From NCBI GenBank assembly GCA_012295275.1, contig CM022678.1, positions 2,728,001 through 2,792,000 of the forward strand: 64,000 bases of DNA, written 5' to 3'. Below are positions 43,731-60,290 of the stretch, piece after piece. The DNA comes from Chrysomallon squamiferum (lineage: Eukaryota > Animalia > Mollusca). A model generated the notes under the pieces. The model was not told the origin of the DNA. It worked only from the letters and a program-made list of their open reading frames with translations, and did no database searches. The position numbers and the translations under genes were made by a program. The first letter of the stretch is position 1. Each line of letters starts with the position of its first letter.

Positions 43731-43880
43731 TTCTTTACTGGCTGAAGTTTTAGTGCTTTCAGAAACATAATCATACTTTGTTTTGTTCTAATTCTAATTA
43801 CTGCTAACAACAAAATCAAATTTAACAGTTTATAATGGTAATTATTAATAATGTGTTGTGAAAGTAATTACCATTTCCAT
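39719..43880 (-). CDS. DTX3L-like: Gene D: single macrodomain + charged linker + RING-HC + DTC Deltex ligase (~545-555 aa), apparently intact
   Basis: Exons (minus): putative ATGGAAATG|GT 43880-43872, 42804-42402 (alternative ATG 42786), 41830-40878, 40400-40183 (218 nt) and 39797-39719. From ATG 42786 the CDS is 1635 nt in frame. Motifs [58 protein letters not shown]. Confidence 0.88.
40183..40400 (-). CDS. Gene D exon: DTC core
   Basis: [40 protein letters not shown]. Confidence 0.9.
40878..41830 (-). CDS. Gene D exon: macrodomain C-half, K/E-rich linker, RING-HC, DTC start
   Basis: ORF 40815-41831; donor AAC|GTAAGT. Confidence 0.9.
42402..42804 (-). CDS. Gene D exon: macrodomain N-half
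   Basis: [37 protein letters not shown]; acceptor TTTCAG; donor T|GTAAGT. Confidence 0.85.
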
Positions 43881-44738
43881 GTTCACAGACAAAATAAACT
43901 CGATCAAGACTAGAACCGCATTTCCACCCAACTGGTTTTATTCCCCGAATCTTTTGATTTGCTTGTGGAAAGAGTCATTATATTTTTCCCTATATGCCCA
44001 CTCTAATCTTGAAAAGATTATGGCTTTTAACACAAATCTTTTGACGACTGTGAATACGTACTGGTTATTAGTTTGATCTTGCTTTTTATTGGAATGTAAA
44101 CAAGTGACGGCAGATTCGATCACAATCGACAGTGTCGTATAGAAACTGGTCTATTTAAAGAAAATTCTTAGCAGTCGTCTGCTTCTCGTCGAGTTTTAAA
44201 ATAAACATCATACAGAGTTCTGAATGAAATAGCAGACAGGTTAATTTCTGCAACTGTTCTTTTTAAAACATCATAATTGCATTTCCATTGCACATAAAGG
44301 GATCTTAGATCGTTTCGTGTCGTTGTTATTTTGTTTTTTCTTTCTTTTACTGTGTAATCAATCGAATGGGTTCTTTGCCGATGGGAGCTAACTCTGAAAG
44401 GAAGTTAACGCATTATTATACGTACTCTCATTTTTAATTATCGTCATTATTAATATTTCTTTTAAAAATTAACTAATTGTTATTTCATTTATATTTTTTG
44501 GTGTATTTATGAACAATGCATGGAGAGTAGTTTGTGTTCTATAAAAACCATCTCACGAATTTTCCACGAGTTATGTAGATATATTTGTAATAAAACGGTT
44601 ATGGAAATCTTTGAACTTGAAACATTAACCTAAGTTACCTTATTATAAGTAAATATAAATATACCAATCTGTTTTACCTGCTTGAACAAAAATAACTCGT
44701 CAAACAACAGCATACAGAGCCAGCAATAACAGTTAATC

Positions 44739-44750
44739 GAAACCGAAACT
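44739..44750 (+). promoter_or_regulatory. ISRE/IRF-binding element in the divergent D/E intergenic region
   Basis: GAAACCGAAACT, a perfect match to the GAAANNGAAACT ISRE consensus. Confidence 0.6.
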
Positions 44751-45213
44751 AATAAGAACAATTTATTTCCTGGTGGTCAGTTATCTGCCCTGAAAGAACA
44801 CGTCGCATCTATTATACATAGCTACACCCTTCATTCGGCAGAAAATGGGTAACTGGTTCTCATTTCAGGTATGCTGCCATCTAAGTAACTATATAATTAA
44901 TTACAAAACTAACGTTATATATACTGTTATAATCGTGATGACCATGAAAGCATATCGTTGTATGATTTAATTTATTTTGGATAGTGAAAGTTTAAGTTCC
45001 TGTTAAGAAGAACGTTGGAAAGGTATTTTCGAAAACTGCGTTAAATTTTTAAAAAACTGTGTTCTGTTTAGCGTAATTTATATATCAACATCACACGATA
45101 AATACTAAGGACAAACTATGACACTGCTTACAGGAAAATGTTCCTAATTTATTTAGTTAAAAGAAGAAAACATAAACGATAGAATGTTTCTCTCGAGTTT
45201 TGAAACCGATATA

Positions 45214-45800
45214 CAGTGGTGCGTTGACTTACGAGTTTAATTCGCTCCTTGTCCGAGCTGGTAACTCAAATCTGCTCGTATATCAAATCAATTTTCCCAA
45301 CTGAATTTAATAGAAATACCATTAATCCGTTCCAGTCCCCCAAAACTGCCCCAATTTTTTTTGTAACGTGGTTTTAAACAAGAAAAAATGTATTTATAAA
45401 TGACAAATATTGTAAGAAAAACAAAATAAAAGAGAATGTAAAGAAATAAATTGGTTTTGTATAGTGTATTTATCTTGGAGATCAGACAAGATTATTTTAA
45501 CACCTTTGGCTAGAGTTGCAGCCTTTATCGTCTCCTTCTGCTTCAGTATGGTACTATGCTCGTGCTGTCTAGCCAAATCGATTACATTCACACCTCGCTA
45601 ATGTTTTTCTATGATTCCATGTTTTAATTCAGTTGTCATCATCCGATTTTTCTCAGCACCGTCGTTTGCACTCACTTTCTTTAACAAGTATTTTGTGTAT
45701 GTCGTGAACCGCGCAAAAACAAAATGCACACGCACGTACATGCATAATTTATTTAAATTGGTCACATGACAAAAAATACATGCTAAGTATATTTGACCAC
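45214..45800 (-). mobile_element. Tigger/pogo (Tc1/mariner) remnant
   Basis: TA|CAGTGGTGCGTTGACTTACGAGTTTAATTCG terminal-repeat-like end at 45214. The minus strand reads KKVSANDGAEKNRMMTTELKHGIIEKH..VIDLARQH..STILKQKETIKA, a CENP-B-type N-terminal HTH of Tigger transposases. Right end approximate. Confidence 0.75.
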
Positions 45801-46125
45801 ACATATTTCGATATTACCTTCTAACATTCACACACTTTCGGTCGTCTGTCCTTGTCTGTCTGTTTATATTCGTGTCTCCTACCGTCAGTTTCTAGTTGTT
45901 GTAGTTGTTTTAAGCGCAACAGTCATAAAAACATATTTGACTACTACTTGTACAATTACATATGTACTATATTTATAATGTGAACGAAGCATGCAGAATG
46001 TTGTTTGGTCTGGCGGACAGTTTGTGTTATATTCGCAATAATCGCTTTGACCCGTTTTGAAAAATCATCAAGTTAATGAGCTGTGACGTGATAAAAATTG
46101 AGAGAAAGGAAAGTCTGCGAGTTCT

Positions 46126-49691
<3,566 letters not shown>

Positions 49692-52461
49692 GAATTAAAC
49701 AATTCTTTATTAGTTTCTACGTCTACAGTTTAAACATATCTGTTTATAAACTGACTGCAATTCTTCTTCTTCTGCTTCCTTTTCTTCTTATTATTATTGC
49801 TGCTATTATTATATTATTATTATTATTATTATCATCATCATCATCATCGTCATTATTATTTGTTATTATTATTGTTATCATCATCATTATTACTATTATC
49901 ATTAATATTATCATCATCCTTATAATTTTTATTATTATTACTATCATCATCATCATCATCATTATCACTATTATTCAGTTGTGAAAATTAGATTGCACTC
50001 TACAAGAGCAAATATTTTCTCATTGCAGTTTTATTTTTTCCAGCCATTAGAAACAATCTGTTTGTAGTCCAGATTTATGTATCAATCATGTATAAATAAT
50101 AATAATACACCCACCCAACCTAACAAAAAACAAAATAATAATAATAATAATGAAAACAAAATTAAAAAATAAATAGCCAGATTGCGAGTGTAATTATTAA
50201 TAAGACTTTAAAAACAAAACTATTTAAATTAACATGATTGACAATGTATTAAAAACCACTGACCAGTTGTATTATGTCTGCACTGACTTGATAATTGATA
50301 CTAATTCTCGTGTACCAGACTAATGTCAACAAGATGTCGCGAATTGTTGAAATGAATTGTATTTATCCCATAAACTTATATAAATGGCTAAATAGAAAAT
50401 CAGTTGTTGCTAACTGTCACCAGATTTTTACCAAACTAAACGTACGCATATAAATAAAGTACTGACAACGGCAACATGATATTTTTGGTTTTCTGTTATT
50501 TATTTATTAATTAATTAACTTATTTATTTTTTATATTAAAACCTGTTTTGTCCACATCAGCTGACATTGCCGTCACTATTTCTTGCCAACAGTTTTTAAT
50601 CCAATCGAAAACCTAGTACATATATTTTCTTCCTTCCTTTCTTTCTTTATTTTATATGATTTTTATTTTTATTTATTTATTTTTTTTTATTTATTCACTT
50701 TTGATAGTATTATTTTGAGCGAAAATGTATTAAACAATTTAGTTTGTTGACCATTCACTGAGGAGAATCCAGGAAGTATTTTAGGAGAGGGCAAAGTTTA
50801 ACATCAAAGGGCACATGCACTTTCTGTGTCTACAGAACTTCAATGAAAATGAACGTGCGGAATCATGTGATCTTGCAGACGTCATCCCGGAAGTAAATTC
50901 ATTCTGTCATGGCAAACAGTGATGTTCAGTGAAATATATAAGAATAAATAAATAATAAATAAATAAATAATAATAATAATGCATAAATTAATTTCTTTTC
51001 ATTTTACTTTATTACTTTTTTCTCCTTGTCATTTTTTTACCATTTCTGTAGGTATACACGTTGATTTTAATATTAATATATATATATATATATATAAAAA
51101 AAAAACATTTACAGTAAAAGAGGAAAGAAAATTTTATTACCATAATTATTTTGTATAATAATAACAGAAGTATTAGTAAGCATGCTATGGTTTGCAGTAT
51201 TATGCATAAGTAATAATAGAATAACATAAGATAAATGAATTATAATAATACCAATGTCTGGAATGTTATAAAGTGATGGCCAAAACTAGATAGCTAAGAT
51301 AATTTCAGATTAAATAATTAAAAAGAGCTAAAATTCTTGTTAATAAACATGACTTTATACATGTCTATGTGTCCATATGTATGTATGTATTATCCACATG
51401 CATCAATCTATTTATGTGCACATACACACACACATATATGCACAGATATGTAATGTAGACTTTTCAGATTTATTTATTACGAGTATTTTCAAAGAAAACA
51501 AAACAACAAAATAATTATAGGTTATGTAAACAGTAAAATACATTCAGAGCAGATAAAACTATTCTGATGGTATAAAATGTAATCACTTAGAATTTCTGAA
51601 ATTTTTCAGTGTTTTGAAACAGATGAATAGATATTTATTTTATTGTTTGTTTTGAAATGTATATGAATAGATATATATTAATTTTATTATGTTTGTTTTG
51701 AAATGTTGATGAATAGATATTTATTTATTTTATTTGTTCATTTGTTGATTTATAAACAATTTGTAATATTATTTTTTTAAACTCAATTTTGTGTCTAATT
51801 TTGTTGTTGTTGCATGATATTGTTAAAACTGACAAATGAAAAATAACAAGGTTTATATTATAATAATAATAATAAAGACAGAAAGTTAATAACAATGAAA
51901 ATAATAACCAATTAATAATAATCATAATAACAGTGATAATAACAATAAAACAAAAAAATAATAATGATAATAACAGCAGAATAAAAATAATAAATATTTA
52001 AAACTTACAGCCACAAAAATGAAAAGACATTTTCACATTTGCAAAAGTAAAAACTATTTAAAAATTTAAAATAAATCAGAAGTGTTGTTACATCTGTCTG
52101 TTAATATTTTTTGCAAAAAAAAAAAAATCTTACCTAAAGAATGAAAATATCTTTTCAGTATGTGAATAATTTAAATAATGAAATTTATCATGTGTATATT
52201 TATACCCATACACTCTAAATACAGAAATACTACTTTCTATTTCACTCATCTGGCAATTTCAGACACTTAAATGGTATAAGAAAGTTTATAATATAGTTAT
52301 AAAAACACATTTAAAATATTTATTTTAATGGTCTGTTACATATAAAACAAATTAAGAAATAATACTATATTATGTAAGCATAAAAACTAAACTGAAATGT
52401 AAGTAGTTTCACAATAAGCAAAGATATAAAAAAGATTAGTCTGAATAACAGTAATAATGTC

Positions 52462-52506
<45 letters not shown>

Positions 52507-52696
52507 TATATAGAAAATAACAAAAAGGAATAATGATTATAATTATAAAAGAAAATAAATGAAGAAAAAGAAGAAAATAATAATAAAAATAAATAATATT
52601 AATAATAATAAATTATATAGAGAAGAACAAAAAAAAGCTATAATATTTATAATTATAAAAGAAAATAATTGAAGAAAAAGAAGAAAATATTAATAA

Positions 52697-52755
<59 letters not shown>

Positions 52756-52860
52756 TAAATAAATAAATAATAATAATAATAATAATAATAAAATAATAAT
52801 AATAAAACATAAAATAAAAATAATAATAAGAAAAAAGTCTGTTAAAGACAAAGAACTCTC

Positions 52861-52933
52861 CTACTCAGTGACTCCATGTTGTCTCAGCTGTTCTCTGACT
52901 CGTGTGATGTATTCAGAGTCCGGATATCCATTC
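52861..52933 (-). CDS. Gene F terminal exon
   Basis: NGYPDSEYITRVREQLRQHGVTE*. Confidence 0.85.
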
Positions 52934-53129
52934 CTAGAAATACAGTAACAAACTGTCAGACACACAGACACATCAACACCATCCTCATCAAACACAGTTA
53001 AAAAAATTATTCTCAAAGGAAAAGAAAATCTTTAAAAACAAACATAAATCCTGAAAGTCAACTTTTTTTTGTGATGTGAATAATGAGAAAAAGAAATTTG
53101 AAAAAGGAAAGAAAGGGTTATAACAATAG

Positions 53130-53163
<34 letters not shown>

Positions 53164-56100
53164 TGACAATAAATGTTATTGAGAAGTGTAGAAATATATA
53201 AAATATATTAATACAACTGACAAAGTGAAAAAAAAATACATTTGAAAGAAAAAGTATCAAAAGTTTCCATCGAAAAATCCTGGAGAATTATCTGATTATC
53301 ACTGATATCACTTATTATCACTGATCTGTAAATAAATACCTCTCTTGACCACCATGTGTGTGTGTTTTGTGACTGATATCAGCCCAGATGACCGCATCTT
53401 TTCCTGCAATGTCTGACTGACCAATAGTGAATGTAAGTTTATGATCAAATGCCTTCCTTAGCAACCGAAGCAGTGATCTCCCTTCCTCGTTGTCAGGAAG
53501 AAATCCTCTTCGTCTTGTGCCCAGATACTGTTCTCCAGACTGTCGTAATCAAACAAATTTAACAACATTGTCTCTGATTTTTATTTATTTAATATTTTAT
53601 TTATTTATTTACCTACTTATTTAGTTATTTACTTATTTTACTTCTTTATCTGTTTATTTATTTACCACTTTAATTTTTTATTTATTTATTTATGTATTTA
53701 TTTTTTTATTTACATACATACCTATTTTATTTATTTATTTTCATATTTTAATTTATAAATACATCATATTAGCTTTTAAATTTATTTATTTGTTTTTAAA
53801 TTTAAGCTTGATTTTGAAATTTTTGTTTTTTCAGTGATGTATTCATGATTAACACATTTCAAAAATGTATACAAGAAAAAGTTATACAGACATAGAAACA
53901 ACAACAACAAATAGAATTATAATTAAGAATAACATTCATTTTTAAAAGAAGAAACAAAAATGAAACCCCTAATAACTAAAACAACTTTGATAATAATAAT
54001 TATTATTAATGAAAACAATGATAATATAATAATAATAGTAAATAAATAATTTTTTAAAGTCTTTTTTCTGTTATATTTAATGTTTTCCATCTGTTATAGG
54101 TAACTGGCATTTATTGACTGCCAAATCTAATCTAAAAAACATTTATGAACATAAGGACAAAGTTTATGAAGCTGAAATATCAGGTTAGTACTTACTGTTT
54201 GGACACCTTCTTCAAAAAAGTAATCAATGACAATGATCCCAGAATCTTCATATCCTTGACAGTGGATGTTACCCACAGACCTGGTCTTCATACATCCTCC
54301 ATCAGGCTGCTTGCCAATGGTTATTCCACATTTAGACTTACAGACCGAACAAATACCATGACTGTTTTCTCTGGAATTGTTCTCATTATCAACTTCTGCT
54401 TGGTCATTGTTTTCTTTTCTTGGATTAATGTTATTTTCTCCTTTGTCATAGTTGTCTTTTCCTGAATTAGTGCAGTTTTCTCCTTCGTAACAGTTGTCTT
54501 TTTTTAAATTAATGTTGTCTTCTTCATGGTCATTGTCATCTTTTCGTGAATTCATGTCATTTTCTCCTTGATAAGAATTATTTTCTTCTTTATCAGAATT
54601 GTCACATTCTTGGTCATTCTTATCTTTTCGTGAATTAGTGCAGTTTTCTCCTTCGTAAGAGTTGTCTTTTCTTAAATTAATGTTGTCTTCTTCATGGTCA
54701 TTGTCATCTTTTCGTGAATTCATGTCATTTTCTCCTTGATAAGAATAATTTTCTTCTTTATCAGAATTGTCATATTCTTGGTCATTCTTATCTTTTTGTG
54801 AATTAATGCTATTTTCACCTTTGTCAGAAATATCTTCTCCTTCATCATCGCTGTCTTCTCCTTTGTCAGAAATATCTTCTCCTTCATCATCACTGTCTTC
54901 TCCTTTGTCAGAAATATCTTCTTCTTTATCAGAATTGTCATCTTCTGGGTCATTCTTATCTTTTCTTGAATTAATGTTATTTTCTCTTTGGTAAGCATGA
55001 TCTTCTTCTTGATCAGAATGATCATCTTCTTTATTAGAATTATCATCTTCTTGGTCATTGTTATCTTTTCTTGAATTAATATTATTTTCTTCTTGATAAA
55101 AATTATCTTCTCCTTCATCATCATTGCCTTTTCCTTTGTAGGAGTTATTTTCTCCTTCATCGTCACTGTCTTCTCCTTTGTCAGAAATATTTTCTCCTTC
55201 ATCGTCACTGTCTTCTCCTTTGTCAGAAATATCTTCTCCTTCATCGTCACTGTCTTCTCCTTTGTCAGAAATATCTTCTCCTTCATCATCACTGTCTTCT
55301 CCTTTGTCAGAAGTATCTTCTCCTTCATCATAGTTGTCTTCTCCTTCATCATCATTGTCTTCTCCTTTGTCAGAAATATTTTCTCCTTCATCATAGTTGT
55401 CTTCTCCTTTGTCAGATTTAAAATTGACTTCCTGATTAGAGTTATCTTTTCCTGAGGCATTGCCTTTGTGTTGATCTAGGTAACTATGTGATTGTCTGGT
55501 TGATTCAGTTTTGCTTTTTGGTCCACTTTCTGCTGTAAAATAATTCTCCAGTTGCTTGATTATCTCTCCATGGGCTTTTCCACCAGTTGACACCACGAAC
55601 ACCTTAGAGAGACACCTTGTTTTGTATTTCAACAAAGCTGCTACAAGAGCTTCAGCAGCAGCAGACAAAGGAACTTCAGGAGTCCCTGTGAGTCAAAATA
55701 AATAAATACATAACCTACATACATCAGAGAGACAATGTAGCATATTTTTCAATATTTAATTTTTATATGTATATGTCATAATTCTCTTTTCAAATATTTG
55801 TGCAGTCAATATACCATCATATTCACATTTGACTATTTACCAGATTACAAATATCATGATACAGATTTTTCATTGTCAATAGTCACCAGATGTCACATTC
55901 ATTGTCACATAAACATATAATATACAATCACTAGTCATCAAACACATAATAAACTGTCACCAGTCACCAGTCATCAAACACATAATAAACTGTCACCAGT
56001 CACCAGTCAACAAACACATAATAAACTGTCACTAGTCAACAAACACATAATAAACTGTCACTAGTCAACAAACACATAATAAACTGTCACTAGTCATGAA

Positions 56101-58044
56101 ACACATAATAAACTGTCACTAGTCATGAAACACATAATAAACTGTCACTAGTCAACAAACACATAATAAACTGTCACCAAACACAATAGGATGTTACAAA
56201 CTAATTGTTAAGAATTATGTAACAGTCATTTGAATATAGCTGTCAAGCTGATTACACTTACCAGAACCTAGGAGAGGCAGAGCAACCGACTCTAATCTTT
56301 CTTCATTTGCCGTATTTAAGATTTTTATGTACAGACTTTCCATTTCATGTTTCCATTGATCTATGTTCTGTGCATTTTTAATATTAAACACACCAGCCAT
56401 AATTACTGTTTTGAATTTTAATTTGATGTTACACTGTCGAGGTGAAAGGCAGCAAATATCTCCTGTCTCTAGATATTTACTTTTATGTAGGCGTGTGATA
56501 ATCTTACTGAAGTCTGCAGGTTGAATCTGTGCAGAATCACAAAGTTGCTTGGTCACTGAGCCACGTTTTGTCAAATCCCTGCCTTGTCCAGTCACTATTC
56601 CATCTGCAGCAGCTTGAGTGATGTCACCAATGTAGCAGATGATGTCTACTCCATTGTTAGTTGTGTATTCTTCCTTAGTGAACATTTTTGGACTTTCTAA
56701 AACACCGACAGAGTTGTGTTTTCCTCGGTAAAAATGATCTTCTGCTTCCTTAGACTTGACTTCTTTATTAGAGTTACCTTTTGTGTCAACTTTGTGTTTA
56801 TCTTGGTAACCGCATGGTTGTCTGGTTGATTCAGTTTTGTTTCTTGGTCCACTTTCTGCTGTAAAATAATTCTCCAATTGCTTGATTATCTCTCCATGGG
56901 TGTTTCCACCAGTTGAGACCACGAACACCTTAGAGAGACATTTTGTTCTGTATTTCAACAAAGCTGCTACAAGAGCTTCAGCAGCAACAGACAAAGGAAC
57001 TTCAGCAGTCCCTGTGAGTCAAAATAAATAAATAAATAAATAATATACCTTTTCATAGTGTGTCACATCTTATTTAATTTTCATATCTAAGTGGTATTTT
57101 AAATAACTTTAAATCTTTAATTTGTATTTTAATGTAGATATGTATGTTACAATTTTCTTTTCAAATATTTCTTCAATTCATATTTGACTATTACCAATCA
57201 CCATAGAGATACTAAATTATCATGATACAGATATTTCACTATCACTACAGCTAGTTAACTGTTGCCAGTCAACAAACACATAATAAACTGTCACCAAACA
57301 CAATAGAATGTTACAAGCTAATTGTTAAGACTTATATAACAATCATTTGAATATAGCTGTGAAGCTGATTACACTTACCAGAACCTAGGAGAGGGACAGC
57401 AACTGACTCTAATCTTTCTTCATTTGCCTTATTTAAAATTTTTATATACAGATTTTCCATTTTATGTTTCCATTCATTTTAGTCCATGCATCCTTGAAGT
57501 GTAAGACACCAGCCATAATTACTGTTTTGAATTTCAGTCTGATGTGATGCTCTCGAGGTGAAAGGCAGCAAGTATCTCCTCTATCTTTAGATGTTTATTT
57601 TTATGTAGGCCAATGATAATTTTACTGAAGTCTGCAGGGGAATCTGTGCAGAAGCACAAAGTGCCTCTGTCACCAAACCAGGTTTTGTCAAATCCCGGCC
57701 TTGTCCAGTCACTATTCCATCAGCAGCAGCTTGTGTGATGTCACCAATGTAGCAGATGATGTCTACTCCATTGTTAGTTGTGTATTCTTCCATAGTGAAC
57801 ATTGCTGGACTTTCTAAAACACAGACAGGATTCAAACAGATAATTAAAATCACAGAATTATTAATAATATAGATGTTTTTTTCAATGACATTATGCTTAA
57901 AGAAATACTAAAAAATAAATAAAGAACAAATAATAAATGAGAAAAAAAAAAAGGAAAAGAATCCCAGGTTTTTTTTTTCATATTAATAAATAAATAAACA
58001 ATCAAACAATTGAAGATACGATAAATAAAAAAAATAAAAAAATA

Positions 58045-58079
<35 letters not shown>

Positions 58080-58140
58080 AAAAATAAAAAAATATGTTAA
58101 TAACAAAATAAATAAAATACTATGTAAATAAGGAAATAAC

Positions 58141-58183
<43 letters not shown>

Positions 58184-58882
58184 TATATCTCAGTTAAATA
58201 AACCAAATGACAAAAATTTCAATTCTACCACTTTTCTACATTTACAACAATGTGGAGTAATTTACAGTAAATTTGTTCAAGCATCAGAAACAATCAGTCT
58301 ACATTCCATTGTACAGGCTATGATGTCCCAACTGCACTAGTGAGGGGTAAGTATACTGTTTATGTGATGTTCCCAAATACAGAAATACTGATTTGAAAAT
58401 GTAAAGAATTTTTGGAAATTTATTCATTCATATCACAACAAGTACAATTCAATATTCATTAAATACCAACAAAATATTTCCTTGATTTTTTTCTCATGCT
58501 CCTGATCAAAATGTCTACTAGCTCTTACCAAAGAGAGTGACATGATCAACTGGTGTCCATTTCTTGAATCACTCATGTTTGAGATATCACAAAATATTCA
58601 TTCTTGTATCTTCATCTCAAAAATTATTAAATTCAGGTATTGATAACAGAATGAGGACACACTTTTGGAGAAAAAAAAAAGTTTAACAAATTTTCTCTGT
58701 GAATTTTGAGATACTTAACCACTTTGTGCCATATTCTGTCGATGGTGCTGTTGTTGTTGATGATGATGATGATGATGTTTTCCTTCAGGCTGTTGATGAT
58801 AATGTTGCTGATGGGAACATTCTCTGTTGGTTGTCTTTTTTGATGTAGTGACTGTTCGAGTTTCTTCTCCTGAATTTCCTGT
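52861..58882 (-). CDS. Gene F: two macrodomains + long acidic repeat + vestigial RING + divergent DTC (probable pseudo-ligase); 5' start not located
   Basis: Exons (minus) 58882-58720 (His/Gln-rich, ends MAQS), 57813-57379 (three compensating indels), 57011-56262, 55685-54196, 53539-53340 and 52933-52861; phases are consistent. Confidence 0.75.
53340..53539 (-). CDS. Gene F exon: divergent DTC core
   Basis: SGEQYLGTRRRGFLPDNEEG..AFDHKLTFTIG..WADISHKT; 200 nt. Confidence 0.85.
54196..55685 (-). CDS. Gene F exon: macrodomain 2 C-half, D/E/N-rich 7- and 14-aa repeats, RING remnant, DTC start
   Basis: 1490-nt open exon; (SDKGEDSDDEGEDI)n; CSVC..GKQPDG..GYEDSGIIVIDYFF. Confidence 0.85.
55930..56182. 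repeat. Intronic ~29-bp tandem repeat
   Basis: (AAACACATAATAAACTGTCACTAGTCAAC)n; a single unit occurs in the paralogous intron near 57270-57300. Confidence 0.9.
56262..57011 (-). CDS. Gene F exon: macrodomain 1 C-half fused to macrodomain 2 N-half
   Basis: 750-nt open phase 1-1 exon; VPLSVAAEALV..KVFVV...IGDITQAAADGIV..ESVALPLLGS. Confidence 0.85.
57379..57813 (-). CDS. Gene F exon: macrodomain 1 N-half (indels of -1, +2, -1)
   Basis: Paralog of 56262-56696; IICYIGDITQAAADGIVTGQ..PLLGSG; the in-frame reading meets a stop at 57587. Confidence 0.65.
58720..58882 (-). CDS. Gene F upstream exon (His/Gln-rich)
   Basis: TGNSGEETR..HHHHHHQQQHHRQNMAQS; 163 nt, phase 0-1, donor G|GTTAAG. Confidence 0.5.
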
Positions 58883-58909
58883 CTGATATTAACAAAATGA
58901 AGATAAAGA

Positions 58910-59535
58910 GTAGTAATAGTAAATAATAGTAATAGTAGTAGAACTAGTAATAGTAATAGTACTGATTCCAGCCAATAGAATAATTGTAATAATTATGTAG
59001 TAGTAATAGTAGCAGTTTATTGTACTAATAATAGCAGTAGTATAGTTGTTTATAGTGATTTAACAGTAGCAGTAGTTTACAGTAGTAGAATAATTGTAGT
59101 AAGAGTAGCAGTAGTTTATAGTAGTAGTAATAGTTATAGTAAGTAGTAGTAGTAGCAGTTTATTGTAGTAGTACTAATAATAGCTGTAGTTTATAGCAGT
59201 AGTTTAATAATTCTAACAGTAGCAGTAGTTTATAGCAGTAAGAGTTTATAGTAGTTCTATTCTAACAGTAGCAGTAGTTTACAGTAGTAGTAACAGTTGC
59301 AGTAGTTTATAGTAGGAGTAAGAGTAGTAGTTCAGTAATAACAGTAAGTAGTAGTAGTAATAGTAGCAGTAGTTTATAGTAGTAGTAATAGTAGCAGTAG
59401 TTTACAGTAGTAGTAATAGTAGCAGTAGTTTATAGTAGTAGTTATAGTAGCAGTAGTTTATAGTAGTAGTAATAGTAAGCAGTAGTTTATATTAGTAGTA
59501 ATAGTTATAGTAGCAATAATTTATAGTAATATAAT
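58910..59535. repeat. Degenerate AGT-rich tandem repeat
   Basis: Repeated AGTAGCAGTAGTTTATAGTAGTAGTAAT. Confidence 0.85.
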
Positions 59536-60233
59536 AATAGTGGAAAAAATAACAATAGCTTTAATAATGTTTTAGAATTAGTGTTAGTAATAGTAATGAT
59601 AGTAATAATGCTAGTTTAATAGCAGTAATAACTTCAATGATTATCAGGCTACAGTTTTGAATAATATTAATATTACTAATACTATTGCTAAATCTTTGTA
59701 TAAAAAACAAAACAATAAAAAATAACAACAACAACAAATTGTTAGTTTTGGTATGAGGCATTTCCCTCATTTGCCTCAATGTAGTTTGGCCATGTCTGCC
59801 ACTACTACAGCAACTACTACAACAACTACTACTACTACTACTATATTACTACTACCACTATTACTGCAACTACTATTACTGGTTATATTTCTGCTGCTCC
59901 AACTACTACTAGGTGCTACTGATATTACTAATGCTACTACCACAGCTACTACCACTGCTACTTTGTCAAAATAATTTCAAAATCAATATTAGGCTTTTAC
60001 ATACTGAAACAGTAATTTCCAGACTACTTCTTTCATGAGGCATGGCTGCCATATTGTAATCTTTATTTGTTTTGAGGACAACAAAAAAAAAAAAAAAAAA
60101 AAAAAAAAACAATAAGTTAATGAAAAAAAATAGTAATAATAATAAAATTAAAATAAAAAAAATAAATAAATAAATAATAAAAATATAAAAATAAATAAAT
60201 AAATAATGCAAAGGGAAAAAGCAAGAAAATTTC

Positions 60234-60290
<57 letters not shown>

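Noticed and set aside
54720-55460. Alternative-frame 246-aa K/M/T-rich ORF and opposite-strand ORFs over the acidic repeat
   Set aside because: Shadow frames of the tandem coding repeat; only the acidic frame links the macro and DTC motifs.
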